Part shown: piece after piece, positions 9,401 to 17,486 of the stretch
How the letters are laid out: each line of letters starts with the position of its first letter
Numbering within the stretch: position 1 is the stretch's first letter
Assembly: GCA_964643155.1 (NCBI GenBank)
Contig: CAZXPM010000001.1
Span: 1 to 48,602 of the forward strand
Source of the DNA: an uncultured Planctomycetales bacterium
GTDB taxonomy: Bacteria > 4484-113
Reading direction: 5' to 3'
Length of the DNA stretch: 48,602 nt
Made by a program: the position numbers and the translations under genes
Notes under the pieces: generated by a model
The model's database searches: none
What the model was told of the DNA's origin: nothing
Seen by the model: the letters and a program-made list of their open reading frames with translations, nothing else

Positions 9401-10374
9401 AGGCATGTTCCAAGCAGGGCGACCGCAAGCTGGCCGTGACCTACTGGAAGCAGCTGCTGGAAGCCTCACAGAAGCGGCAGACGCACGACGAGACGAAGCT
9501 CTCAGAACTACTGGAAATAGGGCTGGCCTTTCTCCAGGCTGGTTACGCCCAGGAGGCCATGGAAACCTGGGAGGACCTTAAGAAGCTCGCGCCCGATTTC
9601 CAGTACCTGAGCAAGCTCTACGCCTACACCCTGGACCTCAACGCCTACAACCTCGCGCTAAAGGGCAACATCAAGCTCGCCATCGCCGAATGGGAGAAGG
9701 CGGTGGACTACGACTCGGAGAATCTCTCAATTATCCAGAATATCGCCATCGCGTATATGTCGGTTGACGACTTCGACCGCTCGGCGGTTTACTGGCGCAA
9801 ACTGCTAAACCGCTGGAAGGTGATGGTGGACCGCAATCCCCAGAGGTACGCTCATCTCACAGTGGCGATAGGCGAGATTGAGCGGCTGCTGGCCGACGTA
9901 TTCGTGTCGCAGCGTGAGCGGCCCGATGAGGTCTATCTCGCCAAGACCGAAGAGATGGTGGACTACTTCCAGCAGGCGAACCAGTTCTACTGGATACTGG
10001 GCCTTAACAAGAATGCAACCAAGGGGCAGATTGAAAAGAGCTACTTCAGGCTTGTAAAGATATTCAACCCCGAACGCCATGCCAGCGACTTCATGCTGCT
10101 GGAAGACGCATACGCGAACCTGACAGACAGACGCAAGCGCGACCGCATAGACATCTTCGCCTACGAGCCGGTAGACGCCGGCCGCCTGCGCAAGATCGTG
10201 CTGGGAGACAGCAAGGTGGGTGCAGCGTTTGAAGATCTGAACTTGAGCGCGTCGGTGCCGGAACCGGACTACTCGCAGCTACAGCCGGACGACACACCGC
10301 CTGAGACCGTGGTAAAGAAGCTGGAGGAGTCAATTCAGTACTACTTCCGGCTGGGAGACATCTCGGTAGTATGA
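6403..10374 (+). CDS. Giant TPR-repeat protein (1323 aa) with C-terminal degenerate J (DnaJ-like) domain
   Basis: Helical-repeat composition throughout with many A/L/Y/E-rich 34-aa-like units. The C-terminal YWILGLNKNATKGQIEKSYFRLVKIFNPERHASDFMLLEDAYANLTDRRKRDRIDIF matches the J-domain helix I-III pattern, with NPE in place of HPD. Confidence 0.75.
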   Translation: MGILRALSGLLGGKSLRQAATFLSTGKTEEALKIVEKLAAGFEPPVPEEKLEEYAELHALWGRCLAKMKNPEALKHFVISDEAKENESLLREGAILIDELGVVSPEATAYILKLAQRTSGEKGFLLNYAKKLVEEGGAALSGEEFELVMEASRTFTLWKGGSTLLAEKFLEEGRRDAEAIDIYRIAYPTRQHDEKLVAILLEHLTVNNERSEFAAKLYKDQLDSGLEDDNALRLLAEYYIEQQEVTPATIEYIQRALERKLPGHDYLEKFAGYLLRSRKEFLDKKKLLLLVFRAGYFNKNVLAFLAQAFAEEGNFSEEALTAYEEALKNNLLTKRITLVLAEYFLSEDRRDDFACRVYEHYLGSWPERRQPRLYSLLAASYIEKKRVDEQAQAIYEVALTHDPNNPEILPLLAASYLTFETRQPKAYSVYERAFPLMDEAHRKQVALLLAEKRIEDGNFDRKTLDYIDLALPQAQGSRKEALLEARTKCFLALDRKDEQAAKIYLELYHRNIEERKENTKLVKILSDILVESPELVDAPEELKLRICYERFELEKYECPAEISFLLLEDVLTRNHDYKHRLALAVRCFDLDCDSLSRRLEETGNLELLQEIGKFYLDRFNYELSAKAYLVANTYKHTEENDYNLAKIRLAENREDEALEMLEAVKSPEMKARVLYWRAAALQQRMMPQEARPLIEELEANPDSVPEILIKLRLGLNAELEGDYGDAVELYREVLEDPSSLPYRRWVSLEIGIALWRMGTTDEAQKELEAVYRHNPNGRAEQRTYSMILVARGYELIQENQWDRALGNFIEAIEVNRTDRFLRSVIVDLLLIYAKRYFFNREYEMAVRILEVAHRVLPKSMDVKVYLAYSYHLMKKYGQALIYYRDITWTTDAPMLERSQAYCYIQNNQPEKAWRVFLDLKRRGTLLPSSIPLLLQSYLADQAQEGSETFKSFEFPEDTKSPIPFAAFYIHDGQYDRALKLLAKHAKGGHQELQRLWFMGKACSKQGDRKLAVTYWKQLLEASQKRQTHDETKLSELLEIGLAFLQAGYAQEAMETWEDLKKLAPDFQYLSKLYAYTLDLNAYNLALKGNIKLAIAEWEKAVDYDSENLSIIQNIAIAYMSVDDFDRSAVYWRKLLNRWKVMVDRNPQRYAHLTVAIGEIERLLADVFVSQRERPDEVYLAKTEEMVDYFQQANQFYWILGLNKNATKGQIEKSYFRLVKIFNPERHASDFMLLEDAYANLTDRRKRDRIDIFAYEPVDAGRLRKIVLGDSKVGAAFEDLNLSASVPEPDYSQLQPDDTPPETVVKKLEESIQYYFRLGDISVV

Positions 10375-11060
10375 AACGCAAGGCCATAACAGCTATTCTG
10401 CGCGAAGCTGCCAACCGCGTTGACTTCACTACCGAGCGTTATTACAATATATCATTCAGATTGGGGAACGAGGGGCTTCCGGGCAGCGTACCAGAAACCA
10501 AGCCCGATTACAGCCTCTACGAATACCAAACTGAACTGAACCGGATTCGCATTGAGCTATTCCGCTTGCAGCGGGGCTTAGCCGGGCTGAAGATGCCCGC
10601 CATTGAAGCGGTAGGGCTGGACCGGGTCGGCGAGGACCTTGAGCGGCTCAGGGGGGATCTCGTGAGACTCCTGGGGAAAGTGGACAAGGTCGCCAGCCTG
10701 GAGCCGTCCAAGGCCGCGATTGAGGGCTTCCTGGAAGTGGCCGATGCTTGCGAGCGGGTGCTTGCTGCGGCCAGAAAAACAGAGGGCATACCTGAAAGCG
10801 TGATGGCCGGGATGGGATCCATCTACCGGCTATTGCTCGGGAAGCTGGCGCGTCTCGGGGTTATCCAGATTACAGATAACGAGCGCTTCGATCCAAAGGT
10901 GCACATGGCGCTGGCGACCGTGGAGGATCCCAGCAAGCCGGACGGCAGCATCGCCGAAGTGCAACTGACCGGATACATGCTGGACGATCAGGTACTGCGC
11001 AGCGCACAAGTTATCGTGGTGCGGAATCGCAGCACTGGCGATGACACTGGTGCCGGATAG
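10371..11060 (+). CDS. grpE: GrpE-like nucleotide exchange factor
   Basis: ATGA overlap with the upstream gene. Coiled-coil N-terminal half. The C-terminal beta-domain signature is ERFDPKVHMALATVEDP...GSIAEVQLTGYMLDDQVLRSAQVIVV. Confidence 0.75.
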   Translation: MKRKAITAILREAANRVDFTTERYYNISFRLGNEGLPGSVPETKPDYSLYEYQTELNRIRIELFRLQRGLAGLKMPAIEAVGLDRVGEDLERLRGDLVRLLGKVDKVASLEPSKAAIEGFLEVADACERVLAAARKTEGIPESVMAGMGSIYRLLLGKLARLGVIQITDNERFDPKVHMALATVEDPSKPDGSIAEVQLTGYMLDDQVLRSAQVIVVRNRSTGDDTGAG

Positions 11061-11087
11061 TGCGATCTTGGATTTATAGGAGTTATC

Positions 11088-12836
11088 ATGGCGCAGATTG
11101 TTGGAATCGACTTGGGCACGACCAACTCGTTGGTCGCGGCCATAGTGGACGGCAAGCCGACCCTCATTCCCAATGAGCGAGGCAAGTTCATCACGCCTTC
11201 CGTCGTCGGCTTCACCGACACGGGAGAGCTGCTGGTGGGCGAGACGGCAAAGAACCAAGCGGTAGCTAATCCCGAGCGCACTGTCACTAGCATCAAGCGC
11301 ATGATGGGCACGGACCGGAGGATAGTAATCGGCGAGCGCGAGTATTCGCCGCAGGAGATTTCGGCGGTCATCCTCAAGAAGCTCAAGCTGGACGCCGAGA
11401 CTTACCTCGGTACCGTAGTTAACGAGGCTATCATTACGGTTCCTGCGTACTTCACCGACGCCCAGCGGCAGGCCACCAAGGATGCTGGAGAGATTGCCGG
11501 CTTTAAGGTGGAGCGCATCATCAATGAGCCCACTGCCGCCGCCCTGGCTTATGGCATTGACAAGGGCGGAGAGGCGCGCACCATTATGGTGTACGACCTC
11601 GGCGGCGGCACTTTTGACGTCTCTATCATCCGGCTGGTTGAAGGGGCGTTCAAGGTGCTCGCCACCACCGGCAACAACAACCTAGGCGGCGACGACTTTG
11701 ACTACCGGCTTGTGCAGTACCTCATTGACCGCTTCAAGGACAAGGAGAAGATTGACCTTAAGAACATCCCCGATGTCTCGCAACAGCGCGCCATCTTGCA
11801 GCGCTTGAAGGAGGCCGCAGAGACCGCGAAAATCGACCTCTCCTCGCTGTTGGAAACCGAGGTCAATCTGCCTTTCATCTATACCGAGGGCGAAGAACCG
11901 CTGCACCTGCACGAAACCATTAGCCGCGCAAAATACGAGGAGCTGGTGCAGGACCTGGTGCAGCAGACGGAGCAGCCCATGAAGCTGGCTTTGTCTGACG
12001 CCAATCTGCCGCCGGACCAGATTGACGCCATCATCCTGGTCGGCGGTATGACCCGAACGCCGATGGTGCAGCGCCTGGTGCGGGAAGTTATGGGACGCGA
12101 TGCACTGAAGGACATCAACCCCGAGGAGTGCGTGGCCATCGGCGCATCAATCCAGGCCGGCATCAAGCGCGGCTCGCTGGAAGAGTTCGTGGTGGTGGAC
12201 GTTGCGCCCTTTACGCTCGGCATTGAGACCGAGGGCGATAAGTTCTCACCCATTGTACCGCGCAACACTGCGATCCCCTGCAGCCGCAAGAGCCTGTACC
12301 GTACGACCGTTGACGGGCAATCGGAAGCGCTAATCCACGTCCTTCAGGGCGAGAGCCACAAGGCCGCGGAGAACGAGTCTCTGGGCGAGTTCATCCTCGG
12401 CGGGATAACTCCAGCCCCCAAGGGCGAGTCCCTGGTTGAGGTGTCGTTTGACTACGATGTGAACGGCATCGTGAAAATCACGGCCAAGGACCGCAAAACG
12501 GGCCAGGCCAAGTCCATCACGATTAAGGCCTCCAAGAAGCGGCTCTCCACCGACGAGGTCGCCTATGCCCAGCGTGACATCAGCAAGCACACAGGCAGCA
12601 TGCTGGCGCAGCGGGAGAAGTCGAAAGTCCTGTTTGAGGCGGAACGCACTCTCAAGGACCTCAGCGGGCTCATTAAGGCCGGCGAGAAGGGCGAAAAGAA
12701 GATTGACGGCATCGAACTCGCGGCCCTCAATGAGATGTCCAAGAAGCTCAAGGACGCACTGAAGACAGAGGACTTGGGCAAACTTGAAGAGTACGTTGAG
12801 AAGGCGACAGGGCTTATTGCCGATTACTCATACTGA
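11088..12836 (+). CDS. Hsp70/DnaK-family chaperone paralog (582 aa, short lid)
   Basis: [47 protein letters not shown], and the SBD-beta [22 protein letters not shown] lies upstream. Confidence 0.9.
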   Translation: MAQIVGIDLGTTNSLVAAIVDGKPTLIPNERGKFITPSVVGFTDTGELLVGETAKNQAVANPERTVTSIKRMMGTDRRIVIGEREYSPQEISAVILKKLKLDAETYLGTVVNEAIITVPAYFTDAQRQATKDAGEIAGFKVERIINEPTAAALAYGIDKGGEARTIMVYDLGGGTFDVSIIRLVEGAFKVLATTGNNNLGGDDFDYRLVQYLIDRFKDKEKIDLKNIPDVSQQRAILQRLKEAAETAKIDLSSLLETEVNLPFIYTEGEEPLHLHETISRAKYEELVQDLVQQTEQPMKLALSDANLPPDQIDAIILVGGMTRTPMVQRLVREVMGRDALKDINPEECVAIGASIQAGIKRGSLEEFVVVDVAPFTLGIETEGDKFSPIVPRNTAIPCSRKSLYRTTVDGQSEALIHVLQGESHKAAENESLGEFILGGITPAPKGESLVEVSFDYDVNGIVKITAKDRKTGQAKSITIKASKKRLSTDEVAYAQRDISKHTGSMLAQREKSKVLFEAERTLKDLSGLIKAGEKGEKKIDGIELAALNEMSKKLKDALKTEDLGKLEEYVEKATGLIADYSY

Positions 12837-12857
12837 CGCCTACCAAGGGTGGTGTAA

Positions 12858-13478
12858 ATGCGGTTGCCGCAATTGACAGCCTGCCCCGTGTGCCACAGCG
12901 TCCTATCGGAGAGGGTGGCAGCGTGCCCCAACTGCGAAACAGAGCTGACACCTTACTATGAGCAGCACGAGGCCGCGCGGGCGCTGATTAACCAGGCAGC
13001 CAACGCTGTTTCCCGTGGCGAGATGATTGAAGCCAAGCGGCTGCTGGGCGATGCTGAGCGAATGCTGCCATCGCCGGTGGAAGCAGTAGAAGAGCTGCGC
13101 ACTGTGATCTTGCTGCAGGAGCATCGCCTGGAGGACGCTCTCAGAGCGGCTTCAGCCCTACCTGATGACTGCCCGGGGAAGCCCAGACTGCTGGACGATA
13201 TCGCCGCAGCATCCGAGCGAGTGGAGAACGCGAAGATGCACTTCAACCTAGCCCTCACTGCTGCAAGGCAGGGTTCCCTGGCTGATGCGGCCTATCACGT
13301 GGAGAAAACGCTCTCGTTGGCACCGCACCTGCCTGAGCCCTGGCGGCTGGCAGCCAAGATAGCTCTCAAGCGTGAGGATTTTGCAGCGGCGCAACGATAC
13401 CTATCACGTGGCGCAGAGCTGTTTCCGCGCGATAGCTACCTGGCACCGCTGGCAGCAGAGATTAAACAGGCCAAATAG
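12858..13478 (+). CDS. Zinc-ribbon + TPR-like protein (hypothetical, part of the Hsp70 operon)
   Basis: N-terminal CPVCHSVLSERVAACPNCETEL (CxxC..CxxC), followed by helical TPR-like repeats. It starts 21 nt after the dnaK-like stop. Confidence 0.6.
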   Translation: MRLPQLTACPVCHSVLSERVAACPNCETELTPYYEQHEAARALINQAANAVSRGEMIEAKRLLGDAERMLPSPVEAVEELRTVILLQEHRLEDALRAASALPDDCPGKPRLLDDIAAASERVENAKMHFNLALTAARQGSLADAAYHVEKTLSLAPHLPEPWRLAAKIALKREDFAAAQRYLSRGAELFPRDSYLAPLAAEIKQAK

Positions 13479-13518
13479 CCCCCAGAGCCAACCGCAACCC
13501 TTCCCGCCAGCAAAGAAA

Positions 13519-13546
13519 AGGGGCGCACCCATTCGGGCACGCCCCT
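13519..13546 (-). terminator. Rho-independent terminator for the minus-strand PKD/Kelch operon (also closes the plus-strand Hsp70 operon)
   Basis: On the minus strand: AGGGGCG..loop..CGCCCCT followed by TTTTCTTTG. It lies between the convergent stops at 13478 and 13567. Confidence 0.65.
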
Positions 13547-13566
13547 GGTAATTCAGCTATTGGAAC

Positions 13567-16371
13567 TTACTGCAGGTTCGCCAGAGCTTCAACCTGCAAC
13601 TCCACCACCGCGGTCGCCACACCCTGCTCCGTCTCGCCGCCGACAATCCAGATAGTGTCGTAGGGCGTAGGATTGCCGTCAGTCATAAAGGTGGCGAATT
13701 TCACCGAGCCAGCACCCACCCGGCCAACGCCCGGGTCGGGAGAGACAGTGCGGGACCAGCGGTACGTGTCAGGATTGAACACCTCTGCCTCAGCCACGTA
13801 AGTAGGAGCGCCCTGGTCAAACGGGTAGTCAACTCCGCCGTAGACGTAGATCTTGCCGTTGATCACCTCGGCAGTGGCGCCAGCACGCGCGTTGCGCATA
13901 TCGGGGAGAATCTCCCATCCGCCGGTGAGCAGGTTCACGCGTTCCACCGTGTGGACGCTCTGACCCTGGTTGTTGCGCCCGCCTATTACGTACAGGTAAA
14001 TCGCATTCTGCGATGGAGCATCCACCACCATGGCAGAGTCGTAACGCGGAGTCGGCATTGCGGGGATGACGCCGGTGTACCAGGAGTTGGTCCCCGGCGT
14101 ATAGAGCCAGCCTGTTGGCGAGACTTGCTCACCCGGCGGGTCTCCCCGGAGGCCGCCGAGCATGATGATTGAAGCATTCCCGCCGTAGTTGATGCCGAAA
14201 ATGGCTGCCATCTGGCGCAGCTCAGTGTCGCTGTTTCCGATGGTACCCACGACCTCCCACGGCACAACAGGCCGATCAAGCGGGTCGTCCGGCTCGCTGT
14301 CTATAGCGGGCAGGCGCTCCACCGTGGACACCGTGGCCTGGATGTTGTTGTAACCGCCGATAGCGTAGATGTAGGGAACGCTAGTAGTCCCGCGCGCGTA
14401 ATCCGACAGCGGCTCGGCAATTAGCTGGCCCCGGCCATTGGACAGTGGCAGCCGGTCACTCACCTCGTAGGACAATATCCACGTGCCAGTAGTGAGCTCT
14501 GCCTTTTGTCTCAGCAACTGAACGCTGCGCAGCGCCATATTGCCGTCCATGCCGCCGACAGCGTAAACCCGGCGCTCCTTGTAACGGTCGTCTCCGAGGT
14601 CGGGCGTGCCACGGTCGTCAATGATCGTTACCGCCGCCAGCCCGAAGTCGCGGCGCGGCTTGAACGCAACACCGGTAGCGTCCAGATTGCGGCGGGCCAC
14701 GAAAGAAAGGGGTGTGTGTTCCACACGGTTGGCCAATTCCAAGCCAGCTTCGGACAGCGCCACCGTCTTCACTTTGATGGCTTTGTATCCTGGTAGCAGC
14801 GTAACCGGGAAGTTGACCACAAACACTGCCGAGCTGCCGCTGGTTCCGGAGCCGAAGAGCTGGATAGTAGCATCTACGGTCTCAGGGTCGCCGTCGAGGT
14901 CAACCGGCTCGTAGGTTCCGTCAAACTCCGGATCCCAAGCCAGCTCCACCGGGTCCCCGTTGGGAACCAGGGCGCCCGGGTCGGACGCTTCAGCATACAC
15001 GTCCTCGCCGGTGAGATCGATGAGGAACTTGTAGATGCCAGTGGAACCGCCCGCAGTGACCCTGATGGCTGCCTTAATGCCTGTGTTGGGCTGAACCAAC
15101 AGGTACTCCTGACGGTCATCTGTGAGCTTGCTCAGGTCAAAGCCGCCATCCCGGTCATAATCCGCGTACACCGCAATCTGCGTAGTGAGCGGGTTGACCA
15201 CGGGCTCGTAAGCTCGGTCAACCACGTGCACCGGCCACTCCATACGTATAATCTGGCCGACACCATCCACAAACTGCAGAGCAAGCGTGTAATCCCGAGA
15301 GGCCGCCCCGTACGTGATGTACGGGTTTACCATTATCTTGAGGTCGGCATCGTAATAGGGAACTGACGCGGTTGTCGTGTTGGCGTCATAGATGCCATCG
15401 TCAGTGAAGTCCCACCAGAACGCATACGGCTCAATACCCGGATGATCCGGGTCCACGGTCACGCTAGCATGCAACACCGGCTCGCGCTCTGCGGGGATTT
15501 CGCTGGAAGAGTCGAAACTGATAAGGATGGACCCGTCCGAGCGCACCGGCGGCGAAGCGTTGACTATCAGCTCCGGCGGCCCTGTCGGCTCGGAGGGGAC
15601 TTCCTTGATCACAACCAGCGGGAACTCGCGGCGCACCGTATAGCCGTTTGCATCGGTAACCAGCAGCACCGCTACGAAGCTCTTGCTCGTGCCTTCAAAC
15701 AGGGTGTAAGTGTACTGCGGGTTCTGCAACACCGAATCCGTTTCGCCGTCGCCGTCGAAGTCCCACTGGAACCGGTACGGAGGTGTGCCCGGATTGAGTG
15801 GGTCCGGGAATACGCGGAAGTATGCCGGCTCGCCGGAGATGAAGCCGTAAATGGGCTCGCCTTCCGCATCGTAACCCAGCACCGTGTCGCTGAAGACGCG
15901 GGTGAGGCTTGGGTCAAGCGAGAACTGCGGCTCACTGGTAACAGTGATCGCAAGCGGTTCGCTTGTCATAGACTCACCCGCGTCATCAACGACTCTGACT
16001 GTCGCCTGGTACACGGAGATCCCGACACTCTGGTCTGCGGCACGGAGATAGTACAGGTGGTACGCCTGCTCGGTGCGGCTGGCCACATCGTTGATGTAGA
16101 AGTCAAACGCACCGTCATTGTCGTAGTCCCACATGTACGTGTAGGGCATCGTCCCGCCAGACACGGTCGCGATGAAGTTGACGCCAAGCGGAGAGCCACC
16201 AAGCGTCGGTGAGGCAGTGAAGGTGACGATGCGGAGATCGTCCACACCGTCGCCGCCACCGGCTTGGCTGGGTAGGCTTGGCGCCTGCCCACCTCCATCG
16301 CCGCCTCCGCAGGAGGAGGCGGCGATGAGGACCGTAATCAACAACATCCCGATTGCTTTCAGCACTTTCAT
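13567..16371 (-). CDS. Lipoprotein with N-terminal PKD-like domains and C-terminal Kelch-repeat beta-propeller (934 aa)
   Basis: Lipobox LIAASS-C followed by GGGDGGG. PKD signatures include GSPLGVNFIATVSGGTMPYTYMWDYDNDGAFD and PPYRFQWDFDGDGETD. Kelch blades include RRVYAVGGMDG, YIYAIGGYNN, LYVIGGRNN and KIYVYGGVD. Confidence 0.8.
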   Translation of the reverse strand: MKVLKAIGMLLITVLIAASSCGGGDGGGQAPSLPSQAGGGDGVDDLRIVTFTASPTLGGSPLGVNFIATVSGGTMPYTYMWDYDNDGAFDFYINDVASRTEQAYHLYYLRAADQSVGISVYQATVRVVDDAGESMTSEPLAITVTSEPQFSLDPSLTRVFSDTVLGYDAEGEPIYGFISGEPAYFRVFPDPLNPGTPPYRFQWDFDGDGETDSVLQNPQYTYTLFEGTSKSFVAVLLVTDANGYTVRREFPLVVIKEVPSEPTGPPELIVNASPPVRSDGSILISFDSSSEIPAEREPVLHASVTVDPDHPGIEPYAFWWDFTDDGIYDANTTTASVPYYDADLKIMVNPYITYGAASRDYTLALQFVDGVGQIIRMEWPVHVVDRAYEPVVNPLTTQIAVYADYDRDGGFDLSKLTDDRQEYLLVQPNTGIKAAIRVTAGGSTGIYKFLIDLTGEDVYAEASDPGALVPNGDPVELAWDPEFDGTYEPVDLDGDPETVDATIQLFGSGTSGSSAVFVVNFPVTLLPGYKAIKVKTVALSEAGLELANRVEHTPLSFVARRNLDATGVAFKPRRDFGLAAVTIIDDRGTPDLGDDRYKERRVYAVGGMDGNMALRSVQLLRQKAELTTGTWILSYEVSDRLPLSNGRGQLIAEPLSDYARGTTSVPYIYAIGGYNNIQATVSTVERLPAIDSEPDDPLDRPVVPWEVVGTIGNSDTELRQMAAIFGINYGGNASIIMLGGLRGDPPGEQVSPTGWLYTPGTNSWYTGVIPAMPTPRYDSAMVVDAPSQNAIYLYVIGGRNNQGQSVHTVERVNLLTGGWEILPDMRNARAGATAEVINGKIYVYGGVDYPFDQGAPTYVAEAEVFNPDTYRWSRTVSPDPGVGRVGAGSVKFATFMTDGNPTPYDTIWIVGGETEQGVATAVVELQVEALANLQ

Positions 16372-16418
16372 CAGTGTCGGGTCCTCCCTGTCAAAGGGCT
16401 ACCGAACTCAACCAGACG

Positions 16419-17426
16419 CTACTGCGGCTGGTAGAGCTCAACAATCTTGTTCATACCGAGTTCAGTAAGTCCACCGAAAATGTAGTACTTACCTTCGCCG
16501 GTGAAGAAGTCGTTCGGAGCGACTATGCCGGTACCACCAGCCCATCCACGCGGGATAAGGCCGCTGGGGGCGACTGACACCGTGCCATTCGCCAGGACGT
16601 CATAGACGCCGCCAGTGTATCCATCGACTGTGCGCCCACCCATCTGGTGGTACAGGAATCCGCGTTCGTTCACCTGCCAGCCTGCCACTACACCGGCCGC
16701 CGCCTCAGGCGTGTTGGCCAGCGTACGCCAGCTACCGCTGGTGGGATTAGTGACGCTGTCAAACGTGAACTCGTCAACCTGCGAGATGTAGTTGCCGTTG
16801 CGGTCAAATCCACCGAATACGATGATCTTCCACGGCCGATTGGTCATCTTATCAGGCAGAATCACAATCGAATCGTGGTATGCACGCTCAACCGGCATCG
16901 GAGGCATCAAGGAGTAGTCCCCCGCCTGGGGATCCTGGCCTTCCTGACGCTGCGCCGGCGGCGCCCACGCATTGAACCACCGCATCGCGTTGGTCGGCAC
17001 ACCGCTGTCGTTGATACCGCCGGTGATGAACACATAGCAGTACGGGCCCTCAGGCCATACCGGCGGCGGGAAGATATTACCCAGCGACTCAATGGTCACC
17101 GCTGAGTGGCCGTACAGGGGCTCGGGCAGCGGGTTCAACGGAACCGAGGCGTTCGCGCCGCCTCCACCCTGGTTGTCCATGGGTGGACGATCAGGCACGA
17201 TAGGCGGGTTGACATTGTCGCCTTCCTGTGGGAGCCAGTCGTAATCGTGGAAGGTGTACCGATTGGACCAGATATCTGTCTGGTTGTTGATGTACTGGGC
17301 GATTGGTACGCCGTTCATGATCAGAATCGGGAACTGGTCTTCCACGCCGTAGGTCTCGGGATAGTACTTCTGAACGATGTCCAGCGGCTCGCCGCCTTCG
17401 TCGCGGCCGCCAAACACGAAGAACAC
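16419..17426 (-). CDS. Kelch-repeat C-terminal half of a second PKD/Kelch lipoprotein
   Basis: The frame is open up to the TGA at 17487-17489. Kelch blades include FFVFGGRDEGG, YVFITGGIND, IIVFGGFDRNG and YYIFGGLTE. The C-terminus resembles that of 13567..16371. There is no signal peptide of its own, and it is in the same frame as ORF 17487..19409. Confidence 0.7.
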   Translation of the reverse strand: MFFVFGGRDEGGEPLDIVQKYYPETYGVEDQFPILIMNGVPIAQYINNQTDIWSNRYTFHDYDWLPQEGDNVNPPIVPDRPPMDNQGGGGANASVPLNPLPEPLYGHSAVTIESLGNIFPPPVWPEGPYCYVFITGGINDSGVPTNAMRWFNAWAPPAQRQEGQDPQAGDYSLMPPMPVERAYHDSIVILPDKMTNRPWKIIVFGGFDRNGNYISQVDEFTFDSVTNPTSGSWRTLANTPEAAAGVVAGWQVNERGFLYHQMGGRTVDGYTGGVYDVLANGTVSVAPSGLIPRGWAGGTGIVAPNDFFTGEGKYYIFGGLTELGMNKIVELYQPQ

Positions 17427-17442
17427 AGGAACACCGTAACCA

Positions 17443-17482
17443 CCACGTCCTAGGGTCCAACCTGGACCCGTGTCAGGACGGG
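17443..17482 (-). other. Stem-loop immediately 3' of the in-frame UGA (SECIS-like candidate recoding element)
   Basis: In the mRNA after the UGA, the lower stem is CGUCCU(+7..12)/AGGACG(+36..41). The upper stem is GGGUCCA(+18..24)/UGGACCC(+28..34), with apical loop GGU. Confidence 0.35.
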
Positions 17483-17486
17483 GCTG

